NCBI RefSeq assembly: GCF_001194135.2
Contig: NC_068986.1
Location: 52,603,800-52,665,287 of the forward strand
DNA from: Octopus bimaculoides
Lineage: Eukaryota
Length of the DNA stretch: 61,488 nt
Direction: 5' to 3'
Both the position numbers and the translations under genes were made by a program. The notes under the pieces were generated by a model. It had not been told where the DNA came from. It worked only from the letters and a program-made list of their open reading frames with translations, and did not search any database. Shown here in pieces: positions 49,897 through 61,488 of the stretch (its first letter is position 1; each line of letters opens with the position of its first letter).

Positions 49897-51307
49897 CACC
49901 CAGAACCACGCTTAGGATTTCCCGGTTTTCTGTGAATTGATTTTGATAAGTATTTCCCAGCTGCTTTGCACACTATGGCAACATCATTGTTATGATATCA
50001 TTATTCTGTGTAACGTCCTTTCTGTTTTATTTCAGATTCTTCAGGTCTTGGGTGCATCCCGCTAATAGCCTTTGAATGAAAATCGCCGATCTTAACAATT
50101 TTTTAGTCTATGAAAGGTAATGATAATATTAAGCAAACATTGAGTATATATTTAACAGAAAACCATAATAATATTATAACATGTATTGACATAATGAATT
50201 ATTTAGCCACATCAGCGCCAAGGAAGAAATGATCCGATTGTGGGACCTCCAAGACTGTGACAGTTAGGGATTTAAGGAATATCGGCCGCACGTTACGTGG
50301 GAAACCTGGACAAACAAGCAAAACCCTTTTCATCGCCTCCGGTCTTCCTCATGTACCTAAAACCACCAGAAATCGCATCCTCGGGACCATGGTTTCCGTG
50401 CGAGAACCCCCCGAAATTGCCTCACAGGAGTTTGAGGCTACAATGGCCCAAAAGTACATGATGTTAGATATGAGCTGTGTTTTGTTCATTAACAAAACCA
50501 GATCGACCCTTGACGTGCTAGACGGTTGCGCAAATGGTTGGGTCTATTTTAGAGATGAACGTTACCAATATTTATAACATCAGCAACAGAGTAGAGGAGT
50601 CATGTTTGGGCTGGTATGATTGGGAACAAATTTGTTGGGCCAGTCAGAGTGCCTGAAGAGGTTAAAGTGACCGCAGCTGCTTTCTGCAATCTCTTGAAGG
50701 AGGTCTTGGATCCCTGGCTAGATGACATACTGCTGTCACTTCTAAGGAAATTAGTGTTCATGCATGACAACGCTCCCCGCCCCATTCTGCTAGGACTACT
50801 CAAACATTTCTAGGATCTTGCAGCATGCAACCCTATCGAAAATCATTGGTCCGTCATTAAACATGATGTTGTTGTCGATGGACGCCAATTTACGTCGAAA
50901 AATGTCTTATAGGCGACCATCAAAGCTGCAGCAGAGGCAGTCCAACCTGCTACTTACCCGTCTAAATGGCGCTCATGTGGCTAAATAATTCATTATATCA
51001 ATAAATGTTATAATATTATTATGGTTTTCTGCTAGATATATACTCAATGTATGTTTACTATGTATCATTACACTTCATTTTCTGAAAACGCATCATTAGA
51101 TGGGATATCTTCATTCAAAAGCTATTAGCATGGTTCACCCAAAAACTGAAATATCTGAAATAAAAAAAGAAAAAGGACGTTACACAGAACAATGAAAACA
51201 TAATGGTGTGGTCATAGAGTGTAAACATGCTGGGAAATGTTTTATCAAAATCGATTCATAAAAAACCGAGTAATCCTAAATTTCACTCCAAAGCGTGGTT
51301 CTGGGTA
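49897..51307 (+). mobile_element. Tc1-like (DD34E-type) transposon with ~330-bp TIRs, internally deleted
   Basis: TA-flanked; TIRs 49897-50220 and 50967-51307 (CACCCAGAACCACGC at the outer ends, TTAGCCACAT.AGCGCCA at the inner ends). Interior relic: VLFINKTRSTLDVLDG, LVFMHDNAP and CNPIENHWSVIK. Confidence 0.93.
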
Positions 51308-52139
51308 TACATGTGTGTGCCTATGTATCTATATTTCTAAACGCATAGACACACACACACGCACACTCACATATATATCGTTGAAAAAAGATTAGAGATC
51401 CATATAATTTAGAGATACATATAAATCCATATAAATCAAATTTGTATATATAGAAGATGGAGGTGGAAATAACACAGAAGTGAATCTGAGATATTTCAAT
51501 TTAGAAAGAATTTAATAAGATGATTTAGTAATTATATAAACAAACAATAATGTTTCAATGATGGATCTCATCATTTGAAATATTAGTAAAAATTTACAGA
51601 AATGGGAAGTAAAAACAGTTTATTTCCTGTTTCGGGGTCAAGAACATGCCTGGAGCTTTTTCGTTGAAGTCTTCTTTAAATATAATTTGTTATAGAGTTC
51701 AAGGTGTTTAGAGAAAAAGAGAGAGGGTGTAGTTGTCTTTTGTTTAAAAAAATGCTGGTTGGTTCCGGCTAAGGGAGTGGCATAAAAGTATTTATTGAAT
51801 GGGTTTTATGTCTACTTGTGTGTGAGTGTGTGTGTGTGTGTATGTGTGCGTGTGTGATTCTCTGTGTGTGTCTGTGTGTGTATCTGTCTGTATGTCTATG
51901 CATATTGTGTTGAATGTCCTTTTAATATGTTTGGAATGTAACCAGCTCTGTGTTGATTGGTGTGTATGTTGTGATGAATGTCTACTTAAAGAAAGAATTA
52001 GAATTATTATTTTGGTGCTTTCTTCTGAGTGTCTCCACTTGTGTGTGTGCGCGCGTGTGTGCGTGCGCGTGTGTGTGTGTGCGCGTGTGTGTGTGTGCGT
52101 GATATGCATGTATGTGTGCGTATACATATCTATCCTCTT

Positions 52140-52290
52140 TTTATTTGTTCAAGTCATTCGACTGCGGGCATGTTGGAGTACGACCTTGAGAATGTTAAAC
52201 GGATCGACTCCAGTCCATCTCTTAAGCCATATCGCTTCCTTTCGACGAACAGCAAACTATAGGATCATAAACACCAGTTGTCAAGCGTTG
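52140..52290 (-). mobile_element. SINE family C, 3' half
   Basis: CAAGTCATTCGACTGCGGGCATGTTGGAG...TAAACACCAGTTGTCAAGCG is antisense of the 23150 copy. Confidence 0.7.
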
Positions 52291-52655
52291 GCGAGGATAA
52301 TTGGCACTATCTTCACCTTCTTCATTTTCCATAGCCGGGCTATCTCGTACTTAAGAAGGTTGTACTTGTTTATCTTTTCGTCTTCCTTCTTGACTATTCA
52401 TGGGTCAAAGGGGCATGCAACATCAACTATATAGCATATGTGTTATGCTCAAACACCTGATCTGTTTGGATTGGGAAATCCCAGAGGATTTTGCTGGTCT
52501 CCGAATCTGCCGCTCTCTGCGGTCTGTGCTCACACGTCTTGCCTCTCTCTAGCCCCCACTTTTCGCACATTTTCCGGTGTAGCAGTTTCCAGTGTATCAC
52601 TTTCGCTACCTGGTCGTGTCGCCACAACTTGTAGTGGTTTGGGGCAAGTCTAGGG
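52290..52655 (-). mobile_element. RLE-type non-LTR retrotransposon C-terminal relic (R4/Dong-like)
   Basis: LAPNHYKLWRHDQVAKVIHWKL...ETSKILWDFPIQTDQVFEHN... (RHDxVAKxIHW and ILWDFxIQTD motifs), then frameshifted DVACPF...EDEKINKYNLLKYEIARLWKMKKVKIVPII. Confidence 0.85.
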
Positions 52656-53184
52656 CATTATGATTAGTACTACACCTATTACTACCAATGTTACTGCCAC
52701 AACTATTGATGATGATGATTTTTATGATCGTTATAATTAATCTAATATCAGCAGAATGTGATTAAAGGGAAAGTTTTCTGACATATATAGCAGCTCCAAC
52801 CTGTCAATTATTACAAAATCAAAGCCGGTCAACCGGAGCACCATCCTCAATGACTTGCATCCTGCGTTATGTATCCAGGACTATATCATCATCAATACAA
52901 ACGTCTCTTTTATTTAAAAACAATACAGAATTACGTGATGGGGAATTAGCTATTATGTCTAGCAAGTCAAACGACAGTATAGAAGTCTTTGTTTTGTGCT
53001 GAGTAATTTTGCATACACTACAGATAAAGAAAGACAGATGGGTAAGCATGCAGACAAGTCATATACACGTGTATGCAGGTATTGATACACAGATGCATGT
53101 ATGCATGTATACAGAGAGTGATATATAAATGTAAATGCATATGTATGTACACACGTATACATATATATATATATGTGTGCGTGT

Positions 53185-53234
<50 letters not shown>

Positions 53235-54339
53235 NNNNNNNNNNNNNNNNNNNNNNNNNNNNNNNNNNNNNNNNNNNNNNNNNNNNNNNNNNNNNNNNNN
53301 NNNNNNNNNNNNNNNNNNNNNNNNNNNNNNNNNATATATATAGCCGTACATACATAGATTTATAGATACATATATGTATATATATGCATACAGATCGATA
53401 CATACGTAAACAGGCAGACAGACAGACTTACATAGATATAAATATAAGCATATGTAATTTTTTTTTCGTCTGTTTACGTGCGTGCATGTAATGGGGAAAA
53501 TCTTTTGCAGGAGCAAAAAATATGTTACATAGACTAGCATATTGATATATGATAATGATGAATAAGTGTCTATTTATTTACATGTACGTGATTACGTATG
53601 TGGAGTTGTTTATCTATCCTAGGATATACAGTTTGCATTATCGATCACAGACATACTGATGAATATTCGTAAAATAAATTAAATTTTGATCCACAGAATC
53701 TCATACAGATATCGATCTCCCATTAAGAAGTTCGTAGTTATCTAGTGTAGTAGACACATATATAACTCTGAGGTCAATTGATGTTAGATGACTGGCAAAG
53801 AAAGTGCGTTGTATTTATCTTTATATTTATCTTATAAACATACCAAGCACGTCGAATGTTATTCATAAATGACGGAGTTAGTTGCAGTGAAAGGTTTGAT
53901 TTCCAGAATCAGTGTTGTTCATGTTTCTCTTCCTGTTGCCGCTGCTGTTGTTGTTATTGTTGTTAGCTGCGGTTGTTGTTGTTGGTGGGGATGGTGGTGG
54001 AGGTTGTGGAGTTGGCTGCAGCAGTGGTGGTGGTGGTGGTGGTACGGTGATTGTGTTTAGTTCCGGCTCAACTTCCATCGCGTGGAGAAATGATGACATG
54101 CACGTATTACAGCTGTAATCATCTCCTCCTACCAACAGTCGTAGTATATTTAAGCGAACATCATCCACAATACACCTTTCATTTGTAACTGTTAGTATGT
54201 AATTTGAAGGGAATTTTGTTGCTATTTCTGGCACGTTCAATGAACATATAGAGGCTATTGTAACCGATGGTATTTCCGTTCAGATTGAGTTATTATAAAG
54301 TGTTCCAACTATGACAATGCCATTTTTGTTAACAAAGTA

Positions 54340-54690
54340 AGACGCCATTAGCCATCAGCCAGAAGCAGTCCTTGTATTCAGTGTTCGGCTTGCCAAGACT
54401 CTCCAGTTCTCTCTGTGTTGTGTTGCATGCATAGAATCAGTTAGGCTCTTCATACCGGACCCTTCTTTAATGTTGTCAGTCTGTCAATATAAGACTTATA
54501 TTTTAATTATCGAACATACATACACAATGTCCATACCTTGCTTGTTCGGCGGTAGGCTGCAAGATGGCTCTGCGAAAGACCCGGATATTAAAACACCATA
54601 AAGTCATAGACAGCCGAGACAACTCACCCCAAATGCAATTCAAGAGTGATGGACATCGATGTTTGCCATTTATGTGGTTTATCAACATCA
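54340..54690 (-). mobile_element. Probable RTE 3'-end relic
   Basis: Weak motifs ARYGHCV, YIDRL and RENWRVL in RTE C-terminal order. Confidence 0.35.
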
Positions 54691-56743
54691 CGTGCTAGTA
54701 ATCAATTTGAGCCGAACTTAATTGCCAGTCCATGACTATATCCAAATAGTGTAAAAAAAGAATCATTTGTTCGTATGCCTGGACGATGCGTGTGTTCGAG
54801 GATGCTTACAACACTAGCGCTGCTTTTACTTCATATTTGAATTTACATTTTAATATACTGTATCTTTTACAGGAAAATATTGAAACAATATTTATCATTT
54901 TCTTCACCTTACTAGGTAATTATTACTATTTATCTTTTTTAAGGGTCAAATATAAGCTATGTTAGCACTAAAATTCTTTCTCTTTTTCTTCATGCGAATG
55001 TATCAGTAAAATTCTAAATTCTGAAACATATATCATTATTGCCTCAAGGAATATCGAACCATGTACATTTATGTCAGTATCCATTCATCATTGTCTCGGC
55101 AAGTATGACGTGTTCTATGCTTCACTGGAGAAATCAAAATAGGGCGGAAATTTACCTGACCTTATTTTACGTGCTGATAGGCAAATTAATAATACTTATA
55201 GTCAATCACCATCGCATATTTATGTCTAGTTCTATGCATTCAAATTGCTTTAACTCACTAGTCTTACAGTCAATATTAACAAACTGTATGGCTCATACAT
55301 GTGAGTTTTTATCACACGAAACGTTGAACTGTGAGGTTACAAAATTTGTATGGTCAAGTTTGTTTTAAATTTTGTCGTCGCTGAAAAATAACTAATTTAA
55401 TATTGTATTATTTTTCAGAAACTCGGAGAGACTTTTTTTTTTTATCAAATATCATATATATGAGAAGCAAATGCGAAACTGCTGAGATGTATAGCTGATT
55501 TGTGAGCTGTTATTGTAGTTCGTTGTCACCACCATGTTTACGACAATAAAATATAATTCCAACATATCCTTATTGGTCTCTAAATAGATTGGTAATGGCT
55601 GCCAGACTTTTACATATATCTAAGCTTCTCGACTTGAAAGAATGTTTATTCACCTCGTTGAATGCTCCTCATTAATGAACATAGAACGTTAAAAAATGGC
55701 CTTTTCCGTTGTTGATCATTTTTCTTTTCTTCTTCCAAAAATAGGTCTTTTGAGGGTGTGTTGTCGACATGTATGTTACATATATAAGAATTGCATAATA
55801 CTAATAGCATAGGAAGAGTGTGATAACAAAAATGAAAGAGAAAGAGAGGAGATCGGGAATGAAAGAAAAGAAAGGACAAAAACCAGAGTGAATCAATAAA
55901 AAGTAAAGGGTAAAGGGTGATCACAAAAAAAAGAGAGAGAATAGAATGACTAATGTCTAAAATGTATGATGAGAAATCAGGAGTAGTTCAAGAGATAATG
56001 GAAATAAAATACTAATGGAATAAAGTCTACACAGAAAGAGAAGCAAATAGTTTGACAGTGTAGTATGATTTGTTGTCTTATATATATATGCATACTGAAA
56101 ATATTGAGAAAGGTTGAGAAGCGAATTGAAAAGACAAATATTATAGAGAATGGGAGCGTGGAAGTAATGGCTTATTAACAATAGCTATGGATTTGTGAAA
56201 ACCCAATTTCAGTGTAGATAGTTACTTTCTAATATTGCTATGATAAAAAAAAAGCTATTACAAACTACGAGATTGGAATGTTATTTGACCAGTAATGATG
56301 AGAGCCAACTACTTTATTGATGACCATTATGATGTAATACAGTACTGGTTTCAGTCATTAGAGAGCAGCCATACAGGGGTTCTACATTCAAGTGTTTACG
56401 TAGTCCATTATATCGTCCTTAGTGCTCATATCAGTCTGTCACTCCTTTCACTTATTTCATTTCTCTCTGTCTATAGAAACTAGCGTTACGTATTTGATAA
56501 TGGAAAATATCAAAGGGAAAGCAACACACTAGCGTTGTGTGTGTGTATGTGTATTTCATTATAAGAGTGTATAAATACACGAAGAGCAGGGCTCTTTCCA
56601 GCATGTAAGAAGTCCTATCGCTGGTCTTTTCTTATCAACAAATATTTTACGTCTTATTACTTTTATCAAACATGCGGACCACTGGTAATAAATTACTTTA
56701 ATAATTTTTACCCTTATATTTATATATACATATATATATATAC

Positions 56744-56780
<37 letters not shown>

Positions 56781-57669
56781 TATCTATATATATATATATA
56801 TATATANNNNNNNNNNNNNNNNNNNNNNNNNNNNNNNNNNNNNNNNNNNNNNNNNNNNNNNNNNNNNNNNNNNNNNNNNNNNNNNNNNNNNNNNNNNNNN
56901 NNNNNNNNNNNNNNNNNNNNNNNNNNNNNNNNNNNNNNNNNNNNNNNNNNNNNNNNNNNNNNNNNNNNNNNNNNNNNNNNNNNNNNNNNNNNNNNNNNNN
57001 NNNNNNNNNNNNNNNNNNNNNNNNNNNNNNNNNNNNNNNNNNNNNNNNNNNNNNNNNNNNNNNNNNNNNNNNNNNNNNNNNNNNNNNNNNNNNNNNNNNN
57101 NNNNNNNNNNNNNNNNNNNNNNNNNNNNNNNNNNNNNNNNNNNNNNNNNNNNNNNNNNNNNNNNNNNNNNNNNNNNNNNNNNNNNNNNNNNNNNNNNNNN
57201 NNNNNNNNNNNNNNNNNNNNNNNNNNNNNNNNNNNNNNNNNNNNNNNNNNNNNNNNNNNNNNNNNNNNNNNATGCCTTGCATATGGCTGGAGATTGGCTG
57301 TTATAAACAGAGTTGCAATTTTTCTGAATAAAATTTTCCTTTTATCTAAAAGTGATAAATATTAATGATATATCCCTCAAATGCCAATATCATCCAGTAT
57401 TCGTTTTCAGGTGTAAAAGCAGTGTGGGCAGCTGATGGTTACAAGTCATAATGTAGTTGACGATTGATAAAAAAGGTTTTGTGTGCGTGTATATGTGACT
57501 TATAAGTTTATATGTTTATATGTGTGACTTATAATGGAGTGCATTTGCGGGTAAGTGTATGTGCGTACTTGCATGCTTTATGCTAATTTTCGAAAAAGCT
57601 AGAAAAGATGAAAGTCTAAAAACACAAATTGTCGAGAAGCAAGACCAAGAAGTTATATTTTGAACATAC

Positions 57670-57790
57670 GATGTGCCACAAGGCACAGCCCAAGACTTTC
57701 CTGACAGGAACTGTTGAAGGAAAGACAGAGAGAGGGGGAGAGTCCGTTAGAGATGTTTGTCAACCGACGATGTCAAATAACTAGAATGGA
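57670..57790 (+). mobile_element. RTE 3'-end fragment
   Basis: KTFLTGTVEGKTERG-GR...DDVK resembles ILQGTVEGKRRRGR...DDIK. Confidence 0.55.
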
Positions 57791-57829
57791 AACAAAGAGA
57801 CCGTCTGATTGTATGCATGGAGTACAACA

Positions 57830-58122
57830 CAAAGGAAAGTAAACAGTCTTTGCAAGGCGACTGGAAACAGGAAACAAATTGAGAAAGAGATCCTCAAACA
57901 AAACAGGCCTAAATGTCTCTCCTCAACGGACATCGACATGAAACTTCAACAATTTATGTCTGTAATGCAAATCATATGCTACAAATCTCTCCCGGAGAGA
58001 AAGGCCACTGTACACAAGAACAAAATCCCCAAGGAGAGGAAAATTCTTATGAGACGGCATACAAAAGTTTCAAATCACCTAAACAAACAAATTGAAAGCA
58101 GTGAAAAGTCCCGCCTGAAAAT
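57830..58122 (+). mobile_element. CR1-like LINE ORF2 fragment (EN-RT linker)
   Basis: Open frame KATGNRKQIEKEILKQNRPKCLSSTDIDMKLQQFMSVMQIICYKSLPERKA...KIPKERKILMRR resembles the KANW...NW...DID...F...I...VP linker. It switches abruptly to unrelated sequence at about 58122. Confidence 0.6.
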
Positions 58123-58849
58123 CGGATTTCGCTTCGGTAAAAATTCACAACGTTATGTGCTGTGCGAATTAACCACCATTGTTCCTAAAATTGGCTTATT
58201 ATTATATTTTCTATGGATTGCTTGAAACTCACTAACTTTCTAGCCTTGATCCATGTGTGCGTCTGTGGGGGGGGGGGTCTGTGTGTGTTTGTGTATGTTA
58301 TTCTCTGGACAGTTACTGAGAGCATTCTTCCTGTTGCCGCTCTTCATGCTATGCTTTTTGTTTAAATATTGTTCTCGTAATTATGATTCGCTGTCGCTAT
58401 TTTGTTTGTTTATTTGTATACATGCTACATTTTTATGGAAAATATTTCCCAACATTAAAAAATGTTCTGTTTAATGTGATTCAAAACACGTACTCAATCA
58501 TTATTTAATTATTATATTATAGCTAACTTTATCGTAGAGATAAGAATTTGAATGACATATTGAGTAGATTCACAACAAAGAACCTAATGGCGCTTAATAA
58601 AAATAAAACAAAAAGCAACATTATTTTAAACTGAAATTGGTTTCTCGCGTGTGATGTTTCTACATCTATTTTATTTATCGGAAATAAAATTTAGTTAATG
58701 TGCTGAACGGTAGAAACGAGTCTATAATTTTGCTAAAACTGGAGTATATTGTGCGTAAACATAAGCAAAACCTATAATGAACTATAGGATGCTATACGTC
58801 AAGGCATAATCACATGCAGATTATTGTTGTTAAACGTTATATAAATTAG

Positions 58850-59315
58850 GTGCAAGCATAGTTGTGTGTTAAAAGGTTCGCCTTGCAATTATGAGGTTTC
58901 GGGATCAGTGCTGTTGCACCGTACTTTCATGTAAGTGTCGCCTTCTAAATATCTTCTACTGTCGTGGGCCAACCTATGACTTCTGAGTGAATTCAGTAAA
59001 CGGAAACTGTGAGAAGCTTGTCGCGTATATGTGTGTGTGTGCGTGCGTGTGCGTGTGCGTGTGCGTGTGTGTGCGTGTGTGTATGTAAATGAGTGTGTGT
59101 ATGTAAATGAGTGTGTGTATGTGTGTCTTAGTGTTTATATTTGCGTTTGTCCTCTGGTGTTGGCTTTTTACATCCGCGTAAATTAACAGTTCGTCAAAAC
59201 TCCGATAGAGTACGTACCAGACATAAAATAAGAGTTGGCGTCGATTTGATCAACTAAATCTTTCAAGGCGATGTTCCAACATAACCGCAGTCCAATGATT
59301 GTTACAGTTAAGAGA
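58850..59315 (+). mobile_element. SINE family C, full length, diverged
   Basis: Head, AAACGGAAACTGTGAGAAGC, expanded internal (TG/CG)n and 3' GTCGATTTGATCAACTAAATCTTTCAAGGCG...CCGCAGTCCAATGA. Confidence 0.75.
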
Positions 59316-59495
59316 AAACACTGAAACGTGCCTCAGTAACATGAAAACTGATACATCTATCGAAGTCGAAAAGGCATTGCGATACAAATAATATGAGCTT
59401 TATTTACATTTACATTTAAGAAGTTATTACAATTTTTTTTTTTCAGCAATTTGCAACAATATTACGAAAAGGCAAATTTTTTCTCCATATAAATT

Positions 59496-59730
59496 ACTTG
59501 TAGGTACACCGTATTTTGTTATGCAACTATAATATACTACATTTTTGCTTACATTTAGACGTATTCGGAGGCGAAACGTCGTAGCAAATCAGTACTGGCT
59601 ATAATTTCTATAGATCTGTAGATTTAATATCACTGCTAACACACGTAGGGCACAATTTTGACTTATAAAGCGTTTGATATACTGTATAGTAGTCTATGGT
59701 TGCATAACGAAATGCGGTACCGCTACAAGT
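59496..59730. mobile_element. Candidate MITE with ~40-bp imperfect TIRs
   Basis: ACTTGTAGGTACACCGTATTTTGTTATGCAACTATA vs reverse complement of the right end ACTTGTAGCGGTACCGCATTTCGTTATGCAACCATA; the same motif occurs solo at about 10859. Confidence 0.45.
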
Positions 59731-60477
59731 CATGTACATACAAGCTGCCAGGAATGTGTTTAATATGTAAAATTGGTATATCCAATAATGTTACACTGTT
59801 ATACATAGTGGCTATTTAAGCAATGAGTTTGTGTTGGATATGATGTTGATGAAGGAGCAAGAAATCCTGAAGTAGGGTATGCACACCCATTACCTATTTT
59901 CCCACCTTCGATTGCATTGTTGTTTACATTAGGCGTACCTACAGATATTACACATTTATATAAGATGAATAGTGCTAATTATATGAATAGTGCTAATAGA
60001 CTATACATTAATGTCACACTATTTCATTGTATAACCAACAGAAAAAAATAAATAATATATATAAATCGACAGATTACTCATAGGACATAATCAAAATCAC
60101 ATATATGAATTTACTGGAATACAACATTTTACTGACTTAAGCTGTACGGGTACATATTCCCCTCAATTACCCGTATTCAACGAAGATTTGAAATCCACGG
60201 AAACACACATTTGAAATCTGTATAAATGTATAGATACTGTCATTATTAAGTTTAACAAGCATGTTGCAACTACTTAAAATTAAGTGCACTATACCTCTTG
60301 AGAGTTAAGTGCTTTGATCATAGTGGTAAACATTGACCAATTACCAATTAAAATAATTGATTGTATCAATTTCTGAAAATATTAAAACATGGCGTATTAT
60401 TAGTTAATACTATAGGTTCTGAGTCAAGATAATATATGTTTAATAAACATATGGACGTAGATAGATCTATTAGCAAA

Positions 60478-60519
<42 letters not shown>

Positions 60520-60766
60520 NNNNNNNNNNAAGCATTTTAGGAAATTCATGCTTACCAGCGGGAATTTTTATCGTTGCTATTATGTTAAGCTGTCGTATGT
60601 CCAAATTTGGCGAAATGTGTTCTGTTCAATAATAAATTTTGCTTGCAATCGCCGGTTATTTTAATCAAATTATCGTATCTCCTGCTGCTTGGGATGCCAA
60701 GATATGAAAATTGTCAAAGTGTAGTATAACGATTTAGCATTTTTCAAAAGTGTTGTTTTCAAAAGT

Positions 60767-60826
60767 CCCACATGCTACATGTGGTTGGTAAGCAAGCTAC
60801 TTACCACACAGCCACTCCTGCGCCAA
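60767..60826 (-). mobile_element. SINE family C, 5' head fragment
   Basis: CATGTGGTTGGTAAGCAAGCTACTTACCACACAGCCACTCCTGCGCC, antisense tRNA-like head. Confidence 0.8.
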
Positions 60827-60869
60827 TAAGTATTTTTATATAAGTTCATGCATTGTTAGTTTATTTTCT

Positions 60870-61488
60870 GGTAAAACACTAAGTTAATAATATAACGTTT
60901 AAATTGTATTTTAAAGGAAAGGTTCGTTAAGATAAGCTTTGCATTTATTTTCAATAATATTGTTAAATGTTTTTCTTTTTTTATTGGTGAAATAAATATT
61001 TTTATTCTGTTGTGTCTGGGGAGAGTCATTTTCTTTTTGTGCCATCAAATTTAACACACTCACCAGTAAAATTTCCACTTATTTTCACTTATTTTAGGAA
61101 AATAAAAAGAACAATAAGTGAAAATAAGTGGAAATTCAGGCACAATCAGAAAATTACTCTTCTTAGACACAACAGAATATGCTTCAACACACGAAATCGC
61201 ATAAAAAATCCAAAAACGAAATATTTTTATATAATTTCATTTAATATTTCTGTTAGTTTATATTCTAATAAACGTAAAGTTAATAATGGCACGTTTATAA
61301 TTTTAGTTTAACCTAAAACTTCGATAAGATAGGTATTACATTTATTTTTAATAATATTGTGAAACATTTTTCTTTTATTTTTTTGGTAAAATAAGTATAT
61401 TTAAAGAAATTCATTTGTTATATATTGTTAGCTGATATTCTAATAAACGTAAAGTTAATAATGGCACGTTTATAATTTTAGTTTAACC
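60870..61488 (+). repeat. AT-rich repeat with a 175-bp period
   Basis: Identical 54-mers at 61260-61313 and 61435-61488; a more diverged copy at about 60880-61000. Confidence 0.8.

Noticed and set aside
54873-54915. Plus-strand 43-nt AG/GT-bounded segment reading ENIETIFIIFFTLL, reminiscent of an ion-channel S2 helix
   Set aside because: I/F/L/N richness is expected from AT-rich codons, the spacing differs from the IETxCIxWFTxE motif, and no partner exons were found.

Overview
Eukaryotic, AT-rich, repeat-saturated sequence from a gapped short-read assembly with 11 N-gaps, most abutting microsatellites. The SINE/LINE/MITE repertoire points to an octopod cephalopod (Octopus-like); this is inferred from recalled repeat motifs, not from a database search. 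I can support no intact protein-coding gene, rRNA, functional tRNA or CRISPR array, so the window reads as intergenic or long-intron DNA. It contains four tRNA-derived SINE-like families (labelled A-D here) and decayed DNA transposons: two mariners, a long-TIR Tc1, a pogo/Tigger-like relic, a full-extent hAT/Buster element with intact 8-bp TSD, and three MITEs. It also holds non-LTR relics (RTE, CR1-like, R4/Dong-like RLE), Penelope-like ends and many microsatellites. The most interesting signals are: (i) a minimal dimer-type hammerhead ribozyme variant at 25900-25935; (ii) a second hammerhead-core-like structured RNA at 17068-17177; (iii) a ~95-bp inverted repeat with a perfect inner 46 bp around a 475-bp segment at 30235-30902; (iv) two head-to-head SINE pairs with near-identical 29-30 bp spacing; and (v) two CpG-enriched, promoter-like unique regions. 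Boundaries of decayed elements are approximate unless a TIR or TSD is quoted.
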